From Malacoraja senta (lineage: Eukaryota), in assembly GCA_038087875.1 (NCBI GenBank), contig CM075993.1:5210001-5274000 (forward strand): a stretch of DNA of 64,000 bases, read 5' to 3'. Below are positions 39,906 to 53,204 of this stretch, piece by piece (position 1 is the stretch's first letter; each line of letters begins with the position of its first letter). The notes under the pieces are model-generated. The model was not told where the DNA came from and made no database searches. It saw only the letters and a list, made by a program, of their open reading frames with translations. The position numbers were made by a program, and so were the translations under genes.

Positions 39906-42900
39906 ATCTCAACAAGATGTTATCAGTGCAATTAAAACTGAGTATACGTTATATCTTCAGTGGATGAATTGAGAAGGGTCATATTTTTATCACTGTCGAG
40001 CAATATTCTGAGAAAAGATTTATCATAAAACCATTTTTTTCCTATTGAATGGAAACTGAAAATATTCAAAACTAATCAGAACCTTATTTCTAAAATGCTG
40101 CAGCATTCTCTCCTGTGGTGATTATATTATGATTGGAATAGTGGGCTGGCCAGGAGGATTTTATGTTAAAGTGAATTACCAACCAAACCCAGCAATCACG
40201 AGTGTGTAGAAAATAATTGCAGATGCTGGTGTCTATACTGAAGATAGCAAAGTGCTGGAGTTACGCAGCGAGTCAGGCAGCATCTCTGGAGGAAAAGGAT
40301 GCTTAACGTTTCGGGTCAGAACCCTTCTTCAGACAAGCAATCACAAGGCAGTTATGGTGCTGCAAATGCACTCCAGTTGAGTTGAGCTATTTCATTCTTG
40401 TTGGACTCCCAGTCCGACTAAGTGGCTGGCTCCCAAGTAACATATCGTAAATGATGAGAACCTAATTATGCACCTTTTGAATTGCAATTCACCACAGGTT
40501 CACAGGCAAGCTGGCATCTTAATTTGGGTATGTGTGCTGGCACTGACTCAGATGAATGGAGACGTTGAGTCACCTATTGACATTGGGGTTATTTGGGAAC
40601 TGTAAAATAGACCGAGCTGGAAACTGGCTCCTATTTTGAAATCCAACCCAGATTGGTGGGATGAAAGTCTTTGCCTCAAGGCTGTAAAGATTCCATGTGA
40701 AAATGAGTTCTGAGAGTCTCAGTCAAGCTTGCAGCACAAGCTTGTTTTGTTTGGCACTTAATTAAAATCCCTTCAAGTGCCAATAGGTTATGGGGAAAAT
40801 GACACATTGGTGCAGTCAGATTGGAGCTGAGACAGTACAGTGTTTAATTCCTCTTTACCCACTTGTACTTGATGTTTACTCTGTGTGACTGAAATGATTA
40901 TTGTTCTGTTCCCCAGTACTGATGTCTTTTAAATCGATGAGCACAACATTCACATCAAAAACAGTCACTACAGGAAAGAGCAGTATTGAACATTTTGAAT
41001 ATTATCCACTGTAATCCTTTTGTTGTTCAGCACAGTGCATGCCTTTGTTTTTAAAATCACAAGGATGACCTCATGGTTTTCATCCTGGTTATCCTTCTTT
41101 TATGTCCAGAGACACAGTAATATATTTGCTGCCTGCCAACATTATTATGCGTAACATGATAACCAGCTTGGTGGTTAGAGTAAGTTTTGGAAAAGTTCAA
41201 ATACAAACACCGAGACAGGTGTAAAAATCAATCAATCACAAGTTAGGACTTTATAAATGCCCAGAAACCAGTTTCCTGTGGGGTCATTCTTCTAAACATC
41301 TGAAAGACCTGTTAGATTGTGGCCAAGGTTTGGGTTTATAGATGCACATCAAGATTGCGCACACCTTTGTAATAAACTCACAATCCATCAGATCATTAAG
41401 ACTGTAGTTGTTGATGTTTGAAGGTCCTTTTTGCATGATAGTCATCTTCACATGTGCTGCTCTATTAGTTGACTCCTATAAACCAGCGCAAATGCCATCC
41501 AGATGACTAATGTTCATTTCGAAGCCGAGTCTAATCCCTCAGAGTCATAGAACAATGCATCATAGGCCCTTCAGCCCGCCTTGTCCATGCCGACCAAGTT
41601 GGTATACTGGGCTAGTCCCATTTGCCTTCATTTGAGCCACAGTCCTCTGAACCCTTCCTATCAATATATCTGCCCAAATGTCTTTTAAAAGCCATAATTG
41701 TATCCACTTCAAAGTTTAAAGGAGATGTTCGGTGCAGGCATTTTATTACACATAGGGGTGGTGGGTGTCTTGAACGTGCTGCCAAGGGTGGTGGTGGAGG
41801 CAGAATAGATAGTATTGTTTCAGAGACTTTCAGATTGGCATGAGGATATAGAGGGTATGGATTATCTGCAGGCAGATGAGATTAATTTACTTAGCATGTT
41901 TGGCACAGACTTTATGGGCTAAAGGGCCTATTCCCGTGTTGTACTTCATGTTCTATTTTCTATAGCCTCGTGGCAGCTCATTCCAGATACAGACAACTCT
42001 CTAAATGAAGAGTTTACTAACAGGTCTTGAAAAAAGGGTTGCATCGAACAATTCCAGTTGTAGGTAAGAAAATCAGAAAAGACTATGAATTTGAGACATT
42101 TTATTTTATGGGGCACTATCTTCATTGTGTGCTTGTGTATACATGAAAATTATCTTTGGCAATTTGTGCTAAAACTGATCTGGGTCTTGCATTGATAGGA
42201 AATGTCAAATACGAGAGGAATAGCTTTAAGGTGAGGGGGGGGGGGGCAAAGTTTAATGGAGAGGTGCGAGGAAAGTTTTTTACACAAGGTGTTGAGTGCC
42301 TGAAACATGCAGCCATGGGTGGTGGGGGAGGCAAATATGATTGTGGCGATTAAGTGGTTTTTGGATCGGCAGTGAATGGAGGGGTATGGATTATGTGCAG
42401 GCAGATAAGTGTTGGCCTTGGCATCATGTTCAGCACAGACGTGGGCTGAAAGGCCTGTTCTTGTGCTGTACTGTAGGTTCTAATAGAATTTTGTGGCTGC
42501 AAAGATGGAAAGTATTTAATCTGATTGCCTTTGCATACAAGATTGCTGTGATTCATGCAAGCAGTGGCAATTATCCTCTGTTCCCACTGATTGGCAACCC
42601 ACGCATCATCCGCATCACTGATGCACTGTGGCTGCAATGTGCATTAACTGCATAATGAGCTGCACTTACTCCAACACTACCTATCACCAAGATGGTTACG
42701 AGTAGCAGGCAAGTGTAAATCAGTCGCAGACTTCCCTCCGATTAAATACCCCGTGTGACTTAGAAATGTGTCAGCGATCCTTCCTTGCAGGATCTAAATT
42801 TTGGATTTTCCTACCTAACAACATTGAGGGAGCACTTTCACCGGAAGGATTATGGTGGTCCAAGAAGGAGCTCATCACCAACTCTCTTTAGCCAGAGGGT

Positions 42901-43534
42901 GGTGAATCTGTGGAATTCATTGGCACAGATGGCGGAGGAGGCCAAGACATCGGGTATTTTTAATCCTCAAAGGCCGTTGGTTTTAATGTTACTTTCATAG
43001 CAACATCCACATCCTGTGCTTTCTTAAAAAAAGTAATCGTAGACATGACATGCAATAAGTTAAGCTACTGATTTGAATGGAAGTTGGGCAAGGCAATATT
43101 AAATTGGTCAGAAGAAGAGTCCAAACCTGAACATCGTTTGACCATTTCCTTCTAAGCGCCTAACCACTGAAAAGCACTTAGTGTTTTGCTGAAGCCAATA
43201 CTAAAGTTGGGTGATTCTTCTGGTTGAGAATGAATCAAGTCTGCAGTGAACATTAGCTTCTGCTTTTGCTTGTGGTTTGGGAGTGTTGAGTGTAATGTGT
43301 GTGTGTGGTGCACAGAAACTGGAATGCCATGTGTGGAAACTTACATAAAGCCGCTCTAGTTTCTTTGAATTAAAAAAAAAACTTCCTTCGAGGATCTGAA
43401 GATGGGTCCCGACCCAAAATGTCGCCTCTCTATGTTCGCCAAAGATGCTGCCTGACCCGCTGGATTACTCCAGCACTTTGTGTCCTGCACCTGCAGTTCC
43501 TAGTTTCTATTTTTCTTTGACTTTTATTGCGCAG

Positions 43535-43747
43535 AAATCTGGCAAGAAGGCAGCCTGGCCCAAGGGAAGGAAAAGGAAAAAAGCGACCAAGGACAGCAAT
43601 GCTCCCAAAGCCCCGCTCACTGGGTATGTGAGGTTCCTCAACCAGCGCCGGGAGCAGCTTCGATCCCAGCGGCCGGATGTGCCATTCTCCGAAATCACGA
43701 GGATGTTGGGGAATGAATGGAGTAAACTGCCTGCGGACGATAAACAG
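43535..43747 (+). CDS. HMG20A: HMG20A coding exon 3, basic region and HMG box
   Basis: [61 protein letters not shown] acceptor, CAG|GTATTG donor, 213 nt, phase 0 to 0. Confidence 0.97.
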
Positions 43748-44176
43748 GTATTGAAACGTTGGGTTGGAAACCAAGTGTAACGTATCTGACATTCCGCAGC
43801 TGTTGACAAGTTCACAAGTTATAGGAGTAGAATTAGGCAATTCAGCCCTTCGAGTCTGCCCCGCCATTCAATCATGGTTGAACTCTGTATCCTAATCCCA
43901 CTTTCCTGCCTTCTCCCCAAAACCCTTGAGACACGTTCGAATCAATAATTTGTCGATCCCTGCCTTAAAAAACACTTGTTGACCACATGGATGCAATCTG
44001 AGTGATTACTTATGATAGAAGACCTTCTCCATAACATGATCAACAGAGCATGTGTTAATGTATGGGATGGTGAGCATGAAGATGTGATTTGTTGCAGCAA
44101 CTGTGCACAGTGACAGATTTGTATGCCTACAAGTGTCTAGGCACGATTTCTCCTGTTGATAAAATTGTCTTGTTTA

Positions 44177-44484
44177 AGTTTAGATTTTTAGTGTAGAGAT
44201 ACATCATGGAAAGAGCCCCATACTGACCGTCGATCACCTGTTCGCACTAATTCGGTTATGCCACTTTCTCATCCATTCTCTACACACTAGGGGCAAATTA
44301 AACCTAGGGCCAATCAACCTATAAGCCCGCACGCCTTTGGAATGTGGGAGGAAACCAGAGCACCCAGAGAAACTCTCGTAGTGTCGGGGAGAACGTGTAA
44401 ACTCCACAGAGACAGCACCCGAGGGCTGGATTGAACCTGGGTCTCTGGCACTGTGAGCTCTACCAGCTGCGTCATTGTGCCGCC
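44177..44484 (-). mobile_element. V-SINE (HE1-like)
   Basis: Full-length reverse-complement copy. Confidence 0.8.
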
Positions 44485-45132
44485 TAATTCAGTTGCATTT
44501 GAATGAATCTGGAATGGTTTCCTCTACCATCGACATCTAATGTTTTATGGACAAAGTAAAGACCAAGGTTCCATAAATGGGGTCAATGTAAAGACTAAGA
44601 TACAAAATAAATAAGAACACAACCATCATCTGATACCAAACTGAGGTTTTGAAAAATGTAAAGGTTGGGAATTAAAAGAAAAGTGGTTCTATGTGGTTTG
44701 AATTAAATATGAGATTTTGTATGGAAAGTATTGATCTCTAACATCTAATGTGTTATCACACAAGCTCTGTTTGCATGCATTTAGTATTAGAGCAGCCTGC
44801 AGTGATACAACTGACTGGGGAATTGATTTGGTTCATTACAATTCTTTACTGGAATCGTATGTTTACTTGGGTCAGCAAGGACATGCTATCTGCAGTCAGG
44901 TATTGTTAGTTTAAAAAATCATAAAACGACCAAGCAGAGATTGTTACAAGTGGCTATGAACAGAGGTTTTTAATCACAGTGTACCCTTGTGACTACACAA
45001 TTTGTCTGTCTGCCATGCCCTGCCACTGATGTCTAGGTGAATAACTGATCAGTTTGTGTTCTTTGCTTGGCATTATCCCCGGATAAATTCTTAATGCACC
45101 CCATCCCTGATCATTCTTTTCTGTCTGTCCAG

Positions 45133-45265
45133 CATTATTTAGATGAGGCAGAGAAAGACAAAGAGCGTTACATGAAGGAACTGGAGCAGTACCAACAGAC
45201 TGAGGCTTACAAAAGATTCAGCCAGAAAGCAGATGATAAACGACGGACAAAAGGGCTTAGCCAAG
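45133..45265 (+). CDS. HMG20A: HMG20A coding exon 4, HMG box helix 3
   Basis: HYLDEAEKDKERYMKELEQYQQTEAYKRFSQK. CCAG acceptor, AAG|GTAATA donor, 133 nt, phase 0 to 1. Confidence 0.97.
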
Positions 45266-45655
45266 GTAATAATTGAAGCTTGTTTTGACTGAAGCTGTGT
45301 CAGCTGTTTCATTACAGCTTGAATTAGCTCTAAAAATCTGAAATGTGTACCTTTTTTCACCTTTTTTAATCTTCAGTGTGCTCCTTTTTAAATGTCTGCA
45401 TGAAGGCTTTTTATAACGCTAAACGCCTGTAGCCAAGTGCAGACACAACTCCCTCAAATGGCCAGAATATACAAGATTGAATTTGGCGGATTAACGTACA
45501 TATTCAGGAGAGAAGGATAAAACTAGCCCAAAGAAAACATTGTGTTCATGTTGTTCTTTGACTTGATCCAGGTTAGAATCTGACATTATAAATGGATTGA
45601 CTTCTCCAAGTATTAACACGTGGAATGTTATTTTTATATCTCCCCTGCCCTTTAG

Positions 45656-45693
45656 ATGAAGGATCTCGAGCCAATAACATTCCTGTTACAGAG
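45656..45693 (+). CDS. HMG20A: HMG20A coding exon 5, 38-nt linker micro-exon ((D)EGSRANNIPVTE)
   Basis: Strong pyrimidine tract and TTTAG acceptor, GAG|GTAAGA donor. Phase 1 to 0 is exactly what is needed to join the flanking exons in frame. Confidence 0.88.
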
Positions 45694-46125
45694 GTAAGAT
45701 TCTTCTTATATTTTTTTCAGCACCAAAGCTAAAGAAACAATATATTTAATAAAAATCTCTAATAAAGATAAGTTTGCGTGATTGAAGACAAGAAGCAATA
45801 TGCCAAAGTCTATCTGAAGGACATCAGCAAATGGTTGAGAAAGCAAATGATTTAGCTGCCTCTTTCTACTGAAAGTACAGACTGGGGGTCTCTAGTCACT
45901 CAGTATCTCACCAGGGTGGTAGATGTGAAGGGCAGGATTTATCATGGGTTTTAATGTGAAAACTTAACCCATCACTTAATTTTAATTGGTTTTAGAAATT
46001 GTTGTATTCAGAAAGATGTCTCTCTTCAGAAAAGGTGTTCTCTCAATTTTGCACAATGGTTTGTAGGAAATTTCCATCAGGTTAAAAAAAAAAGGACGGG
46101 TTACATCTCGAGGATCAATGGATTT

Positions 46126-47090
46126 CATAAGGTCATAAGGAATAGTCTACTCAGCCATTCAATCATGGCTGAGCTATCTCTCCCTCCTAACCCCATTCTC
46201 CTGCCTTCTCCCCATAACCTCTGACACCTGAACTAATCAAAAATCCATCTCTGCCTTAAAAATATCCACTGACTTGGCCTCCACCGCCTTCTGTGGCAAA
46301 GGGTTCCACAGATTCACCACCCTCTGACTAAAGACATTTCACCTAATTTCCTTCCGAAAAGAACGTCCTCTAATTCTGAGGCTATGACCTCTAGTCCTCT
46401 AGAGTCTAGAGCTCTAGACCTCCTACCAGTGGAAACATCCTCTCCACATCCACTCTATCCAAGCCTTTCACTGTTCTGCATGTTTCAATGAGGTTCCCCC
46501 TCATTCTTCTGAACTCCAGCCAGTACAGGCCCAGTGGCAATAAGCGCTCATCATAGGTTAACCAACCCATTCCTGGGATCACTCTTGGAAACCTCCTCTG
46601 GACCCTCTCCAGAGCCAGCACGTCCTTCCTCAGAAATGGTGCCCAAAATTGCTCACTCTATTCCAAATGTGGCCTTACCAGCACCTCATAGAGCTTCAAT
46701 ATTACATCCCTGTTTTTGTATACAGGCCCTGTTGAAATAAATGCTAGCATTGAGTTTGCTTTCTTTACTGCTGATTTGACTTGCAAATTAACCTTTTGGC
46801 AATCCTGCACCAGCACTCTCGAGTTCCTTTGCACCTCTGATTTCTGGATTCTCTCCCCATTTAGAAAATCGTCTACACGCCTTTATTCCTCCTGCCAAAA
46901 TGCATGACTCCACACATTGCTACACTCTATTCCATCTGCCACTTCTCTGCCCAATCTCCCAACCTGTCCAAGTCCTTCTGCAGAGTCCCTGCTTTCTCTA
47001 TGCTACCTGCCCCTCTGCCTATTTTCATATCATCCGCAAACTTTCTCACAAAGGCTTCAATTCCCTCGTACAAATCATTAATATATAAAT
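46126..47090 (-). mobile_element. CR1-clade LINE 3' fragment
   Basis: YINDLYEGIEAFVRKFADDMKIG...LQKDLDRLGDWAEKWQME (RT FADD motif) and LERVQRRFPRVIPGM...RRMRGNLIET. Confidence 0.92.
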
Positions 47091-49557
47091 TTGTAGGATC
47101 TTTCTCAAAGAGTTTTTGAAAGATGCTGCACCAAAACAGCCATTCAACCCACTTAGTCCATGCTGACAAACAACCACACATTTTTTCCCTAATCCTACCA
47201 TAATCCATTTTATTCACCCCACCGTCTCAGCTCCTCCACAGATACTCATTCTCACCTCCATGCCAGGGGCAATTTACAATAGAGAATTCAACTACCTGCA
47301 CATTTTTGGGATGTGGAAGGAAGCTGGAGTACTCGGAGGTAAACACAAGGAACTGCAGATGCTGTTTTTCAAAGAAAGACATTATTGGAGTTACTCGGGT
47401 CAGATAGCATTTCTGGAGGACATGGATAGGTGATGTTTCATGTTGCGACCCTTCTTCAGCCTGATCCACACTGTAACTTTGAGAACATGCAAACTCCACA
47501 TTGACAGCACTGGAGATCAGAACTGAACCCGGTTCACTGGACCTGTGAAGCACAAATAGCTTACAAATGTTATCTGATCAGCAGTACTATCAATGTGAAG
47601 TTTGCACGTTCTCATAGTAGATTAGTCTGAAGAAGGGTCCCGACCCGAAATGTCGCCTATCCATGTTCTCCAGCGATGCTGCCCAACCTGCTGACTTACT
47701 CCAGCACCTACTGTCTTTTTTTGTAAGCCAGCACCTGCAGTTCCTTGCTCATTGACTAGTGCCATTGTGAAATCCTATTTGGTAGTAGGGTTTAGTGTGA
47801 TATGTTCCAGGCTCATGTTGCAGCAGATATTTTAGCCTCTTCTGGCCAGTCTTCTTTGATGAACAAAGTATCATAAGGAAAGTGGCAGATGGAAGGTTAA
47901 CATCATGAAAAAGCAGGGAAATGTGGCTATATTGTAAAATGAATTTCAACAAAATGTTTCAATTTTGACAAATGATAACCTGAACAAATAGCTGACAAAT
48001 GATATTCCACTAAATTTCTCTCAATTTGGAAGTAATTGTTTGTATGGTGGATCAGACATGGGCTCTGCATTTCTTAGAATGATACAAATAGTGCTTCAAA
48101 GAAAACCCTATGTATTGAGAGATTAGATTTCGCGACCTTGGCAATGACACCATCTCCACAGGGGAATGTGCTATTCCTGAGAAAATAAGCAAAGAAATTG
48201 CTTTCTGGGCATTATAATTGTATATGGGAATGATTTTCCAGACTCCAGCTCATTGACTGCTGCCATTAACTGGAATTTATGTTATCGAAATAAACAGTGG
48301 AACTTGTGAGAGTCAAGAGGCTAAAATGTCTGTCCAGATAATCACAGACTCAACTATCTGTAGCTTTGACCTGCAAGACTCCAATGGTTTTCTACTGACA
48401 TTAAGGCCATCCTTACCAATAAAGTAATAATTAATAGGCATGACATTATGATCATGCAATTTTTAATGTAGCTTCAAATGGGGTGAGTGAAGGTACAATG
48501 ATTTGTAATTTGTAATTTGTGAACAAAATGGATTTTAATTACCCGGGAAATGCGTACAAACTCCATACAGGCAGGTGCTGTCTGTATGGAGTTTGTAACC
48601 ATTTCCCGGGTCTTCCAGTTTCCTCCCACGCTCCAAAGATGTGCAGGTTTGTAGGTTAATTGGCTTTGGTAAAGAATGTAAATTGTCCCCAGTGTATAGG
48701 ATAGTGCCAGTGTACAGGAATTGCCGGTTGGCACAGACTTCCAATTAATTAAAAACATCATGATTTTGTGCCTTTGTCTTATAAGTGTTCTGTGAAGCAT
48801 AAAAGTGAAATGCATCTTGATTGAGAGATGCAGTTAAAGGAAAAGGGGACTATCCCTAAACAGCACATGGGTACCTGTTGCTCAACAGCACATGACGTCC
48901 GACACTGAACAGCTCATGGGGGTGCAAAGGTAGTTGATAATTTTGAATTCCCAGCAATGTACTTGAAGACATGGAGTCATAGAGAGAACCAACATGGATG
49001 TTTGCTCTGACCTTCAACCACTCATTTGCACTAATCTGTCATTAAACCTATGTTTATTCTCCATTCAATCTCATCAATTCCCCCTAGACTCTACCCCACA
49101 CCTAAAAAAAATTAGCGGTAATTTACAATGGCCAATTGATATCAAGCTGCACAGCTGTGGGACATAGCAGGAGACCAGAGGAAAATACACACTGAAAACG
49201 TGCAAACTCCACACTCGGAACCCAAGTATATCTAAGAACCCAGGGCAGCACAGTGGCGCAGCGATAGAATTACTGCCTTGCAACGCTTGCAGCACTGGAG
49301 ACCCGGGTTCGATCCCGACTATGGGTGCTGTATGTATGGATTTTGTACGTTCTCCCCGTGACCTGTGAGGTTTTCACTGGGTGCTCTGGTTTCACACATA
49401 TACACTAGACCAAGTGAGAACCGTTGGGTCCCTGTCACACGGGAGGCTTGGTTCCCCAAACCAACCCATTCCCCAACGCAATATTGCACCACAAACTAAC
49501 ATATATAGATATATATTTATATCTATATAAATATATTGGGCACATTTTATTTTACAG

Positions 49558-49636
49558 AAGCAAGGTGTTGGCCTGAAGGATCAATCAGTGTTGGATATTC
49601 CTATTTTCTCTGAAGAATTTTTGGACCACAGTAAAG
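49558..49636 (+). CDS. HMG20A: HMG20A coding exon 6 (KQGVGLKDQSVLDIPIFSEEFLDHSK)
   Basis: DIPIF.EEFL.HSK motif of the HMG20 family. TTTACAG acceptor, AAG|GTAGGA donor, 79 nt, phase 0 to 1. Confidence 0.95.
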
Positions 49637-51396
49637 GTAGGAAGAACCAATATAAATATTCTAGACAGGCCAGAATGCCGCCTGGATTAGGGGGGGTATT
49701 ATCTATGAAGAGAGGTTGGACAAGGACAAACTTGATTTGTTTTCTCTGGAATGCCAGAGTTTGATAGGAGACCTGATGGAACCATGATAGGCATAGATAA
49801 AGTAGACGGGTAGAACCTTTTGTTGGAGACTAGAGGGCATAGCTTGAAGGTGAGAGGGGCAAAGTTGAAAGGAGATGAGTGAAGCAATTTTCTATTACAC
49901 GGAATGGCTCAGCCCAGGTTGGCTGTGTAGACAGATTTGATAGTGGCATTTAACAAGCTTTTAATAGGCATGTGGACATGCAGACAATGGGGGGGGGATA
50001 TGAATAATGTGCAGGAAGAGGAAATTAGTTTAACGTGGCATCATATTTGACATGGACATTTGGGGCCAAAGGGCCTTTTCCTGTGCTGTACTTTTCGACA
50101 TTCTAGTCCTTTCAACTTTGGGGGGGGGGGGGGGGGGGAATAAAAGCAAAGATACACATAGAAAACAAGTCTTTTGGCCCAAACAGACCATTTCAGCTAA
50201 GTTCTTGTCACATTTGACCATTCTGCTCACATATCCTTTCAACTGCCTTTGGTCTAAAATACCAATAGCTGACCCGGGATTCCACAGCTTCATTATTTTT
50301 AATGTGGGGAATTTTCTCATGCCTTTCAGTTCTAAATGGTTCAGATTCAAATTTGTACCAAGCCTTTCATTCCTGTAGTAATAACTGGAAACGATTTACT
50401 TCAGTATACCCTGTTTAATCTTCCATAATTGTAAACATTTTTTTATAATCTCAGTGGTTCTTTATTATCACATGTATCTAGGCGCAGCGAAATATGTTTT
50501 TGCGTACAGTTCAGTATATTATCACAACGCATAGCACAATCCTAGATTAAGTACAAAGTGTATAGAAATAGTTCACTGACTGTACAAACTCATCCCATAA
50601 TCTGAATACGAAACAGAATAAACTTATTTCAGGTTTGCTCTTATTTATATTTCCTCATTAAAAATGATGTGCATTAATAATCATAATAATACTACTATTA
50701 AAAAAGAATCCAAGAATCTCTCGAAGGCATTTCCCCCCCCCCACCCCCCCCCCCCCAGGTAGTTGGGATGAGCAAAATTACATGAATGTTGAGTTGTTAA
50801 GTATGTTTGGGTCTGAGATCAACTGTGCGAGATTTGAGATTTACAAGGTTCAGGCAGGAAAATAATCCAAATATGAATCGGGCAAGGTTTTATTAAATGG
50901 CGGAGCAGGCGTCATGGGTCATTTGGCATTCTTCTGCTTTATATGAGGAAGGGTCTCAGGGCGAAACATCACCTATTCCTTCTCTCCAGAGATGCTGCCT
51001 GTCCCGCTGAGTTACTCCAGCATTTTGTGTCTATCTTCGGTTTAAACCAGCATCTGCACTTCCTTCCTACACACTTCTGCTTTATTTCCCCTGAAGCCTA
51101 CATCTTTCTGACTGACTGCGCACAGCACTCTGCAATTCTAATTGTAGAGGTCTGCCGTTAAATCTTTGCTGTTATATATTACTAATATTGAGATATAAAC
51201 CTAGAATACTATTAGTTTATTTGTGTCATCTTGAATGCATGTTCCACTGCTCTGCTATGCAATAGGGCTTATTCAACTCTGTACAATTACTTTTTGTATT
51301 TCAAGTTTCTGGACTTTGAGGGTTTTTTTTTATACTTCGTCTCCTCATCACTAACCAAATCTAAAATGTAATAATTTTTTTTTTTTTCATGTGCAG

Positions 51397-51612
51397 CTCG
51401 GGAGCGGGAGCTCCGTCAGCTACGGAAATCCAATATAGAATATGAAGAGCGAAACGCGGCTTTGCAGAAACACGTGGAGAGCATGAAGACGGCGGTGGAG
51501 AAGCTGGAGATCGACGTGATGCAAGAGCGGAACAGGAATGTGCTCCTTCAGCAGCACTTGGACACCTTGCGGCAGGCACTGACGTCCAGCTTTGCCACTG
51601 TACCGTTGCCAG
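51397..51612 (+). CDS. HMG20A: HMG20A coding exon 7, coiled coil
   Basis: (A)RERELRQLRKSNIEYEERNAALQKHVESMKTAVEKLEIDVMQERNRNVLLQQHLDTLRQALTSSFATVPLP. Poly-T tract and GCAG acceptor, CAG|GTAATT donor, 216 nt, phase 1 to 1. Confidence 0.97.
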
Positions 51613-53204
51613 GTAATTAAACCTTTGTCAATTCAGTGCATATACTTTGTGAGGTGGAAAGGTGAAAGCATTTCCAAGTTAGATTATCCAACATACAAAC
51701 AATAGCCAGGCACAAAGGGCATCCTGATTACTATTGAGAAAGTGTGGTGCACCTTTGATGCAAAATATACATAGTCTGGTGCATGCACGGTTTATATACT
51801 CAGACTGGGAGTTGGGACAAAGATAGACACAAAGTGCTGGAGTAATTCAGCGGGTCAGACAGCATCTCTGGAGAAAAAGAATAGGTGACATTTTGTGCTG
51901 GTACCCTTCTTCAATAGGGGTGGAGGAGTGAGGCGGGAACTGGAGGTAGAAAAAGACTATTCGGAAAAGAAAAAGAATAATCTAATCTGACAGGTAATTT
52001 CTCGCCTCAAGATCTCCCCCCCACCTCCACTTTAAGTCTGAAGAAGGGTCCTGACCTGATACATCACCTATCCTTTTTCTCCAGGGATGCTGCCTGACCC
52101 GCTTAGAAACTCCAGCAATTTTGCGACTATCTTTGGTATAAACCAGCATTTGCATGTTGGACTGAAGATGGCCATCACATTTTTAGTGATATATGAAATC
52201 TAATCTGCAGGTTAGTTGCGGTCCGACCAATACAGGTAAAGTCTCCAGTTTCAATCTCTATTTTAAAAGCTAGGTCAGAAATAGAGGCTTTCATGTAGAA
52301 ACAAGGAACTGCAGATGCTGGTTTACACAAAACGCTAAAGAAACTCGGCATAGTCTATAATCTGTCTGAAGAAGGGTGCCAACCTCAAGTCAAGTCAAGA
52401 GAGTTTACTGTCATGTGTCCCAGATAGGACAATGACATTCTTGCTTTGCTGCAGCACAACAGAATATTGTAGGCATAAATACAGAACAGTTCAGTGTGTC
52501 TATATAGCATAGACCATATATATATACACTTAAATAAGCATGACCTATCCATGCTCTCCAGAGATGCTGCCTGGCCTGCTGGGTTACTCCAGTACTTTGT
52601 GTCGTTTTGTGGCTTTTATGTTCCTTTGCTAAATGAGAATCAATAAAGTAAGGTAGGTATTGACTCATTGACAGCCATTGATTCCTTTTAGTGAACAAAT
52701 GTCTTCAAAGATTCTATAGAGGTTTTGCTATATTACTTTGACACTGAAGTTCTGATTTTGGTCAGGAATAAGTAGATTTGATATTTCTAATGGGAAAGGG
52801 GCCCCCTATTTTGGATATATGTACAAAGAGGGAATGTTGCCAAGATTCTACAATGCCTTTTCACCAGCTCTGAGCTTTCAATAATGGGCTCTAATTAAAC
52901 CCTATAGATTGTGTTGTTCATAAATAAGGGTGGCAACAAAAGACTGGCAGGGAAGACCATTATGTGCAAAGCACACTGTTGTCTGTTTGCAAAATGTTGT
53001 TTCACTCAAGATAATGGAATGGAAGATGAGAAGCAGAGTTCAGTGTGCAGTCACTATTGTGCAATTAGCTTATACAGCTGACTAATTTCCATCCCATAGT
53101 TCAAATAAATGGTGTGCTGCAATTTTGTCTGCCTGTGGACTTCTATAGTGACACATCAGCTCAGATCTTGTTCGTAATTTAACAACAGGTTTGTAAACAA
53201 GGCC

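Noticed and set aside
51361..51579. - strand ORFs overlapping HMG20A exons (also 43430-43867, 45139-45360, 38621-38836)
   Set aside because: Antisense shadows of real coding exons.
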